Shown: piece by piece, positions 57,615 through 64,000 of the stretch
Layout: every line of letters begins with the position of its first letter
Numbering within the stretch: the first letter of the stretch is position 1
Source: an uncultured Nitrososphaerales archaeon
Lineage (GTDB): Archaea > Thermoproteota > Nitrososphaeria > Conexivisphaerales > UBA164
Length of the DNA stretch: 64,000 nt
Direction of reading: 5' to 3'
Assembly (NCBI GenBank): GCA_964342655.1
Contig: CAYFFZ010000001.1
Coordinates: 668-64,667, forward strand
The notes under the pieces: model-generated
Told to the model about the DNA's origin: nothing
The model's input: only the letters and a program-made list of their open reading frames with translations
The model's database searches: none
Translations under genes and position numbers: made by a program

Positions 57615-58925
57615 ATGCCAGAATCAATTTGGGAAGATCTGCTTAAAAAATATTTACAAGATCTCTCAGGCTATTATAATTTTAACATAGAAGAAGTTTC
57701 TTATGAAGACTGTAAGGGAATTGCTGTAAAAGGTTCTGTGTCAAAGCTTCTAATTATTTTTGATAAAGATTGCCCCAATATTAAAGAAAACAAAATGAAA
57801 GTTGTATGGGGGGTTCCAAAGTTTTATTCTGAAAACGGTCTCATGAATGTTGACATATCTTACTTAGAAGAATTTTTGAGAAGCTTTCTTAAAATAGGTA
57901 ATGATAAACTTTTGTTTGAAAAAAATTACAAGCAATACTTGAAACCAAAGGAAATTACGCTTGAAAGCTTCAGAAAGATTAGCGAATTGGCGCTTGGATC
58001 CAACCTCGGTCAGTTTGAAAATACGTTAATTAAAATTTATTCAACCGGTAGAATGCTAGTCAAAAAAACTTCTTTTAAAAGCGATACAACTTTTACGAGA
58101 GAGAAATTTATAAAAGTCGCAGAAGACTTAGATTTGGTTCAGTTAAACTATATAACCCCTTCTAACGAAGAATACCTATATGTTTACTCTTTGACGCCTG
58201 CAGGCATAGAGATAGCACAGAAACTTTCTGAGGAAATGTTTACCGCAAAACAATCAATAATAGGAATGTGGCTTGACAGACATGACCCGGCTACAGCTTA
58301 TCTTGCGGCGTTTGCTGTCTCATACAGCAGCCTCTTTACTGGTTACCCAAATTGCTGTATGCTTACTAGAGAAGCTACTACAAGAGTTTACCACATTCCG
58401 TGCTCATTTAAGGGGAAGAGCGGGTGCGAAAAGCTTTTTGCTTCTAAGCTGCCTCCAAAACTGGCTATATTCGCAGATACAATACTTTATAGCGATTCTA
58501 TCTCTGAAATGCTCTATAACACAATGTACGAGCTAACCGCTAGTTATCTTGCAAGTTTGAACAGAACTGAAATTTCAGGAAAAGATTCAGAAGTTTTCTG
58601 TATAGTGCCGGATCTAAACAAAGCTATTCTCGACGCCACTAGAGATGAATTTGTAAAGAAATTCCAGAATGATGAGAACGTAGAAATTGTTTCATCTCTT
58701 GCCGCTACAGCGCTCCTATTAAAAGAGGGCTATACCGATGATTTTAAGAAATCTATAATTAACATATTCAGTCTAGAAGAAAAAAATGTAGATAGCGTAA
58801 TCAAAGATATGAGCGATCAGGGTATATTAGATAAAGAAAATTATAAAATTCTTGATATTAAAAGACTCTATGATTATGTAAAAGCGAAAGTCGAAGAAGT
58901 TTCAGTAAATCTAGGGCTCTATTAA
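57615..58925 (+). CDS. hypothetical protein (436 aa)
   Basis: Long ORF with coding-like composition. No family recognised. Central Cys cluster YPNCCMLTREATTRVYHIPCSFKGKSGCEK. Confidence 0.5.
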   Translation: MPESIWEDLLKKYLQDLSGYYNFNIEEVSYEDCKGIAVKGSVSKLLIIFDKDCPNIKENKMKVVWGVPKFYSENGLMNVDISYLEEFLRSFLKIGNDKLLFEKNYKQYLKPKEITLESFRKISELALGSNLGQFENTLIKIYSTGRMLVKKTSFKSDTTFTREKFIKVAEDLDLVQLNYITPSNEEYLYVYSLTPAGIEIAQKLSEEMFTAKQSIIGMWLDRHDPATAYLAAFAVSYSSLFTGYPNCCMLTREATTRVYHIPCSFKGKSGCEKLFASKLPPKLAIFADTILYSDSISEMLYNTMYELTASYLASLNRTEISGKDSEVFCIVPDLNKAILDATRDEFVKKFQNDENVEIVSSLAATALLLKEGYTDDFKKSIINIFSLEEKNVDSVIKDMSDQGILDKENYKILDIKRLYDYVKAKVEEVSVNLGLY

Positions 58926-59549
58926 AGGTATTAGTTCATCTAACTTATTCACTGTTATATCAGGAGTAACACTTTTGCACACACTATATTCGTCTCTTTT
59001 GACTAATACTGATTTGATCCCAGCTTTTTTAATTGCGATTATATCGTATTCTCTATCACCTACTCCGAGAGCCGATTCTTTCCCTTTGCCAGTAAGTTCG
59101 AGCGCTTTTAAAAACACATCAGGCTCTGGTTTTGGATTTTGAACGTCTTCTGCACTCACCCAGCAACAAAGGTAATTGTTAAGGTTAAAATACTGTATTA
59201 TATCTATTAGCATATCCTTTCCCATGCTAGTAGCCAACGCAGCTTTTATTCCAACCCTTTTTAAATAGTTCAGAAGATCAAGCGCATCATCAAAAAGCTT
59301 GACGTATTGCATGTTCTTTTTAAAATACATCTTTCTTTTTTCCTTTAATTTTTCTACTAACTCATCACTGGGATCAGGTATAAATTTAGATACTATAATC
59401 TTTGGAGATAATCCTACGTATTTTTTTATATCTTGTGGAGTAACTTTTACTCCTATATCAGATAAGGTAGAGGCCCAAGAAATCATTAAATTTGGAGCGC
59501 TGTCGATAAGAGTGCCATCAAGGTCGAACAAAACTGCTGAAATTTTCAT
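58911..59549 (-). CDS. HAD-superfamily phosphatase (phosphoglycolate phosphatase-like)
   Basis: 212 aa. Motif I AVLFDLDGTLIDS, motif III/IV GVGDREYD. Confidence 0.8.
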   Translation of the reverse strand: MKISAVLFDLDGTLIDSAPNLMISWASTLSDIGVKVTPQDIKKYVGLSPKIIVSKFIPDPSDELVEKLKEKRKMYFKKNMQYVKLFDDALDLLNYLKRVGIKAALATSMGKDMLIDIIQYFNLNNYLCCWVSAEDVQNPKPEPDVFLKALELTGKGKESALGVGDREYDIIAIKKAGIKSVLVKRDEYSVCKSVTPDITVNKLDELIPLIEP

Positions 59550-59641
59550 ACGGTGTACTTTAATGCCATTTTTATAAACATTTTTTATATATTTTAGATT
59601 GATAATTTATTAACAAAGGATTTACTTGATAAAAATATATA

Positions 59642-59715
59642 CGGGCCTGGAGGGATTCGAACCCTCGACCTACTGGTTAAGAGCCAGCCGCTCTGCCTGG
59701 CTGAGCTACAGGCCC
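59642..59715 (-). tRNA. tRNA-Lys (CTT)
   Basis: Reverse complement GGGCCTG-TA-GCTC..GAGC-G-GCTGG-CTCTTAA-CCAGT-AGGTC-GAGGG-TTCGAAT-CCCTC-CAGGCCC-G. Confidence 0.9.
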
Positions 59716-59770
59716 ATCTGAAGTATTGTGCCTTGTTTTTATAAATTTTACCTATTTTACATTTTTTAGG

Positions 59771-60685
59771 TTATTTTAAATTTATTTTGAACAGCTTAAG
59801 AATCAAGGCTTTCTGAACATGCAACCTGTTTTCGGCCTGATCAAATACTATTGATTTTGGTCCATAAATGACTTCCTTTGTTACTTCTTCTCCATAGTGT
59901 GCTGGAAGACAATGCATAAATAACGAGTGTTTCGGTGCTTTTGATAACAATTCATCGTTTACTTGGTATTTTGGAAGGAAAGCCTTTAGCCTTTCTTCTT
60001 TTTCTTTTTCTTGGCCCATGCTAGTAAAGACATCTGTATAAATAATATCTGCGTTTGAAACTGCTTTGACCGGGTCTTCAACCACTTCCACAGTTCCTTT
60101 TCTTATTTCTTCAGCCAAGCTAATAATCGCTTGCTTTGGTTGATACCTTTCAGGAGATGCAACGATTATCTTTGCCCCCAAAATCGCAGCACCTAGTATA
60201 AGTGAATTTGCTATGTTATTCTGTCCGTCGCCTATAAAAGCAACCCTTACACTTTCAACTTTACCCAATTTTTCATTTATCGTATAATAATCTGCAAGTA
60301 TTTGGGCTGGATGTTCCAAGTCAGAAAGTGCGTTTATAACGGGCTTGCTAAAGTTCATTGCAAGCTTTATTAGATCTTCGTGCCTGTAGACCCTTGCTAT
60401 AATCATGTCAACGTATCTTTCTAATGTATGACCTGTATCCTCTATTGATTCGCCCCTTGACAGCTGGGAAGTTGAAGCGTCCATATATAAAGGGCTTCCT
60501 CCCATCTGATTTATACCAACTTCAAAGCTAACTCTGGTCCTTGTAGATGGTTTTTCAAAGAGCAGAAGTATGTTTTTTCCTTTTAACAAATCGTTATACG
60601 GGTTAGATTTTAGATGCTTTGCCATAGCCCATATTTCTTCAATTTCATCTTTGGAAAGATCAGTTATTGAAAGGAAGTCTTTCAT
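59771..60685 (-). CDS. argF: ornithine carbamoyltransferase
   Basis: STRTRVSFE, GDGQNNIANSL, HCLPAH. I prefer the ATG at 60685 (MKDFLSITDL) over the track start at 60775. Confidence 0.85.
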   Translation of the reverse strand: MKDFLSITDLSKDEIEEIWAMAKHLKSNPYNDLLKGKNILLLFEKPSTRTRVSFEVGINQMGGSPLYMDASTSQLSRGESIEDTGHTLERYVDMIIARVYRHEDLIKLAMNFSKPVINALSDLEHPAQILADYYTINEKLGKVESVRVAFIGDGQNNIANSLILGAAILGAKIIVASPERYQPKQAIISLAEEIRKGTVEVVEDPVKAVSNADIIYTDVFTSMGQEKEKEERLKAFLPKYQVNDELLSKAPKHSLFMHCLPAHYGEEVTKEVIYGPKSIVFDQAENRLHVQKALILKLFKINLK

Positions 60686-60917
60686 TGAAAATAAATTTAA
60701 TCCTTTGTTTAAAAACTTAACTGTTGACAATGCGAATTGCAGAGTTTTTTGCTGGAAATTGTATTCATAGACCATGGATTCGATTATATAAATAGTCTAG
60801 AAGCATTCATGCCAACATATACGGTATCATCTCATCATTGAAGAAGAATTTCATTTGCTTGATCCTGATCGATTAAAATTTAAAAAAATTAATTAGCTAC
60901 TGTTACATGTTCTTTAC

Positions 60918-61685
60918 GTGAGAAAAAGGGTAGTAGCGCTGCTTACCGATTTTGGCGTAGAAGAACACTATAACGGTGTTATGAAAGGCGTTATTTTAAA
61001 AATAAACAGCGACGCTTCTATAGTTGACCTTGTGGATTCCGCCAAAAGTTTTTCTATAATGGATGCGGCATTTCAGCTTTGGGCTTCATATAAATACTTC
61101 CCTAAAGAAACAATATTTTTGATAGTTGTGGATCCGGGCGTAGGTACCAGTAGACAAGCAGTAGCCGTTAAAACAAAAAATTATTTTTTCGTCGGACCTG
61201 ATAACGGGGTTTTGTACCCTGCTGTTTCTGAAGATGAAATAGAGAAAGTAATAAAAATAACTTCTGAAAAAATAATACTTAAAAATAGGAACGGTACTTT
61301 TGATGGCAGGGATGTTTTTGCGCCAGCTGCCGCTTACCTTTCTTTAAAAAAGCCAATTGAAGACCTTGGCGAACTCACACATTTAAAAGAAAAATATGAA
61401 TTCGCAAAACCTGAAATCAAAGCAAATATCATAAAGGCCACAGTATTACATGTCGACAAATTCGGAGATGTGGTATTGAACATAAAGAAAGAGCATTTAG
61501 GAGGAATTAAAAAGTTTTGTATTGAAGGTAAAACTTTTGAGATAAAACAAACCTTTTCTGAGTGCAGTGACCTTTGCATGGTTTATGGAAGTTCTGGTTT
61601 TTATGAACTGGTATTAAACCAAGGGAGCGCCGCTGAAATGCTTGGTCTTAAAACTGGAGATATGATTAAAATAGAAGTCATATAA
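60918..61685 (+). CDS. SAM hydroxide adenosyltransferase (DUF62 / SAM hydrolase family)
   Basis: 255 aa with a GTG start. VALLTDFGVEEHYNGVMKGVI and VVDPGVGT are family motifs. Confidence 0.8.
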   Translation: MRKRVVALLTDFGVEEHYNGVMKGVILKINSDASIVDLVDSAKSFSIMDAAFQLWASYKYFPKETIFLIVVDPGVGTSRQAVAVKTKNYFFVGPDNGVLYPAVSEDEIEKVIKITSEKIILKNRNGTFDGRDVFAPAAAYLSLKKPIEDLGELTHLKEKYEFAKPEIKANIIKATVLHVDKFGDVVLNIKKEHLGGIKKFCIEGKTFEIKQTFSECSDLCMVYGSSGFYELVLNQGSAAEMLGLKTGDMIKIEVI

Positions 61686-61686
61686 A

Positions 61687-62370
61687 ATGATGCCTGAAAA
61701 AGAACTAAAAAGAATGTTTGAAGGCGTCTCAAGGTTATACGATTTTTTCAACGATCTTTTTAGCCTTATGCTTGTAAGGGTTTGGAGAAGAACGGTCTCA
61801 AGACGTTTTCTGAAAAAAACTAATTGCGTTTTAGACCTAGGCATCGGCACTGGGTATATGTCCAAGAACATAAAAGAAGACAGTGGCGTTTTAACTGTGG
61901 GTCTTGACATAACGAAAACTATGGTTTTAAAGAACATAGAGAAGTTACAGTTGTATTCAGATCCTGTAATCGGAACTGCTGTAATGATGCCGTTCAGGGA
62001 TGACGCTTTTGAAACCGTAGTTTCTTCTTTTACATTGCGTAGTTTTAAAAAAGTAAGTATGGATAAAGCTATTTCTGAATGTAAAAGAGTTGTTAGGGAC
62101 AAAGGGGACATAATAATGCTCGATACTGCAAAACCTAATGATAGCTTAACGCTTTCGTTCTTTTCTGTGTATTTTAAAATAATAGATTTCATAGGTGGGA
62201 TATACAACGATCCAGCTTATCACTGGCTAACAAAAAGCATAATGGAATTGGATTTAGGGTATGTTACAAAAAAGCTGCGCGAACACTTTAATAATGTTTC
62301 TGTTTATAAATTAACTGGCGGAGTTGCTTACATATGGCTGTCCAAGAACTATAAATCACAAAAATATTGA
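61687..62370 (+). CDS. class I SAM-dependent methyltransferase, UbiE/MenG-like
   Basis: 227 aa. YDFFNDLFSLMLVRVWRR (UbiE-type N-terminal motif) and SAM motif VLDLGIGTGYMS. Confidence 0.75.
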   Translation: MMPEKELKRMFEGVSRLYDFFNDLFSLMLVRVWRRTVSRRFLKKTNCVLDLGIGTGYMSKNIKEDSGVLTVGLDITKTMVLKNIEKLQLYSDPVIGTAVMMPFRDDAFETVVSSFTLRSFKKVSMDKAISECKRVVRDKGDIIMLDTAKPNDSLTLSFFSVYFKIIDFIGGIYNDPAYHWLTKSIMELDLGYVTKKLREHFNNVSVYKLTGGVAYIWLSKNYKSQKY

Positions 62371-63168
62371 ATAAGCTACGAGCGTAAGTAATATCATAAT
62401 TGCGGAATGAACAAAACCGCTAGAGATCTTACCGGCTATCAATTTCCCGGTTATTAGACCAGAAACAAAGCCTTCTATAACAAGAAACTGAAGCATGAGA
62501 TTTTTCAACAGTGTAGTGTTTGTAGCAGAACTAAATGGTGTTGCAAATGACGCAGAGGCAAATTTATAAACGAAAAACCTGATGAAAAATATTATTATGA
62601 CTAGAAGTATAAAAAATGAAATGTAGATTATGCTTCCATAATTCCTCATTACACTTCTCTTTTCATTTTCTATAGCAAAAAGATCCCCAAGATGCTCCCT
62701 TGCGGACTCGAGCACGCCGCTAACATCTCCTCCGTACACAATAAGCCTGTGTATTATCGAAAAAGCTTCTTTGGAAATAAGTGTTGGCATCGATTCGGCT
62801 ATTCTGTTCAAAGCTTCATCAGGAGTCATACCTAGATTGAGCATTTTTTCCAATTGCAGTAGCCTTTTTTTGAGAGGTTTTTTCCTTTCGCTTTTTGGAA
62901 TGGTGAGAACAAATAACAAGCTTTTTCCTGACTTTACATAGCTTTCTATTTGAGATAAATAATCCAGTAAATCCTTTTCCAATATGTAGTTTTCCCTGTC
63001 TTCTAAATAAACGACTATGCCATAGGGCAAAACTACTATGGAAAGGGTTAGTCCTAAAATAATTCCGAACTCATAACTTCCAAAAGCTATACGCTTTAAA
63101 AATATGATTGAAAACGTAAAAAGCGCACCTAAAAACCCAATTAAAATTGAAATCTCTTTTGTCTTCAT
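62356..63168 (-). CDS. type II secretion system F-domain membrane protein (TadC/FlaJ-like)
   Basis: 270 aa. N-terminal TM pair, a cytoplasmic helical domain, and C-terminal TM helices. Overlaps its paralogous upstream neighbour by 4 nt. Confidence 0.55.
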   Translation of the reverse strand: MKTKEISILIGFLGALFTFSIIFLKRIAFGSYEFGIILGLTLSIVVLPYGIVVYLEDRENYILEKDLLDYLSQIESYVKSGKSLLFVLTIPKSERKKPLKKRLLQLEKMLNLGMTPDEALNRIAESMPTLISKEAFSIIHRLIVYGGDVSGVLESAREHLGDLFAIENEKRSVMRNYGSIIYISFFILLVIIIFFIRFFVYKFASASFATPFSSATNTTLLKNLMLQFLVIEGFVSGLITGKLIAGKISSGFVHSAIMILLTLVAYSIFL

Positions 63169-64000
63169 CTCGGCCTAACCGCCTCAAGAAGCATTATAAA
63201 TACTATTCCCATCAGAGGTATCAAAACATAAATTATAAACAAGAAAAATATGTAGTAATAAGATTTAAACGAAATCATGGTAAACAGGAGTATCATTATG
63301 AGTAATACAGAAGGGAGAACTACAAAGAGTGTTGTAAAGGCTTCCGCTATAATGTTAAGCCTTTCAATAAGGTACCTTAAGTTTATCTTTTTATCTATCA
63401 TAACTTTTTGAGAGTACTCGCTCAGAAAGTGTCTGACCTCTGATCCAGAAAGCAAAGCTCCCTTAAGGGATAAAAGGAATTCCGCAAAATCCCTACTCGG
63501 CGATCTTTTTATAGTTTCTTCTAAAGATTGCGTTATGTCCATGCCGAAGACTTTTATGTTTCTTACAATAAAATTAAGGACCTTTTTAGTGTACTTGTCT
63601 GGTTCGAGCTCGAGTATGCTTTCAAATATTTTTTCTATCGTCATACCGGTATCAGAAAGCGCTGCCATTTCTATGACTAAATATGGTAGTCTTAAGCTTA
63701 GGCTGCTTGAGATTTCTGTTGCAAGAAGGGATGGGTACGCTCTGAAAAAAGCGTTAGTTAAAAAGAAAACAGCAATAAAACTTAAAGGAACTGAATACCA
63801 AGGTACTTTTATAAAAATAAATAAGATTGCTGATATTTCTGCACTAATGGCTGACAACATTATCGAAATAAATAACATGGCAGATGAATATTCATCGGGC
63901 GTCAAGCCTATCCAAGCTTTCCTGATTTCTTCGCTTGGATCTCCAAAAATCTTAAAAATCCAAGTATTTGCGCCAATCCTGGAAACTGCAAACCTTGCTA
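63165..64000 (-). CDS. type II secretion system F-domain membrane protein (TadB/FlaJ-like), 5'-truncated by window edge
   Basis: Same TM-helical-TM layout as the downstream gene. The track starts it at a TTG (63905), but I read the frame as open to nt 64000 (..KIFGDPSEEIRKAWIGLTPDEY..), so the gene probably begins outside the window. Confidence 0.55.
   Translation of the reverse strand, partial: ARFAVSRIGANTWIFKIFGDPSEEIRKAWIGLTPDEYSSAMLFISIMLSAISAEISAILFIFIKVPWYSVPLSFIAVFFLTNAFFRAYPSLLATEISSSLSLRLPYLVIEMAALSDTGMTIEKIFESILELEPDKYTKKVLNFIVRNIKVFGMDITQSLEETIKRSPSRDFAEFLLSLKGALLSGSEVRHFLSEYSQKVMIDKKINLRYLIERLNIIAEAFTTLFVVLPSVLLIMILLFTMISFKSYYYIFFLFIIYVLIPLMGIVFIMLLEAVRPR

Noticed and set aside
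58273-58536. 87-aa ORF in an alternative plus-strand frame inside the 436-aa orphan gene.
   Set aside because: It is fully nested in a much longer ORF and has no start context or motif of its own. It is most likely a chance open frame.
1-64000. A window-wide look for CRISPR arrays, IS elements, integrases, long direct or inverted repeats and rRNA genes.
   Set aside because: I recognised none by eye. The only mobile-type element is the aIF2-gamma mini-intein. A computational repeat search (for example a self dot-plot) would be needed to exclude short dispersed repeats.

Overview
This is a densely coded, AT-rich (roughly 37-38% GC by eye) chromosomal segment from an archaeon. I count about 75 protein genes and 3 tRNA genes: Cys-GCA, Met/Ile2-CAT and Lys-CTT. 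The tRNAs are GC-rich against an AT-rich background, which suggests a thermophile. Many neighbouring genes overlap by 4-40 nt, which indicates operons with translational coupling.

The content is core housekeeping:
- Translation and ribosome: aIF2-gamma, aIF6, eS8, uS2, GluRS, HflX, MBF1, and an eS30 gene that is missing from the ORF track.
- Small-subunit biogenesis factors: Fcf1-like PIN, Fap7/AK6 and a Dim2-like KH protein.
- DNA and transcription: topoisomerase VI A and B, an RPA-like OB-fold protein, a KaiC-like ATPase, a Toprim protein and Rpo10/N.
- Isoprenoid lipid synthesis: mvk, both AcnX-type phosphomevalonate dehydratase subunits, a UbiD-type decarboxylase, ipk, fni, GGPP synthase, G1P dehydrogenase and a CDP-alcohol phosphatidyltransferase.
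- Central metabolism: archaeal PEPC, enolase, RpiA, PGM/PMM, OTCase, ThrC, TrxR, agmatinase and a three-subunit molybdenum hydroxylase.

I found no rRNA, CRISPR array, transposase, integrase or provirus. I also see no convincing self-contained novel multi-gene system such as a defence island.

The best candidates for new or unusual biology are local:
1. A protein with four CBS motifs fused to an HPF/RaiA-like C-terminal domain, possibly an energy-sensing ribosome hibernation factor.
2. A 152-aa mini-intein inserted in the P-loop of aIF2-gamma.
3. A catalytically degenerate PRPP-synthetase-like protein, translationally coupled to a small membrane protein and a ROK kinase.
4. A Tmk-like kinase with an N-terminal extension, coupled to the UbiD/AcnX mevalonate genes.
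5. An archaemetzincin whose HExxH reads HLxxH.
6. Several orphan proteins, and one 306-bp hairpin-rich non-coding island.

All family assignments come from motif recognition by eye. No database search was run.
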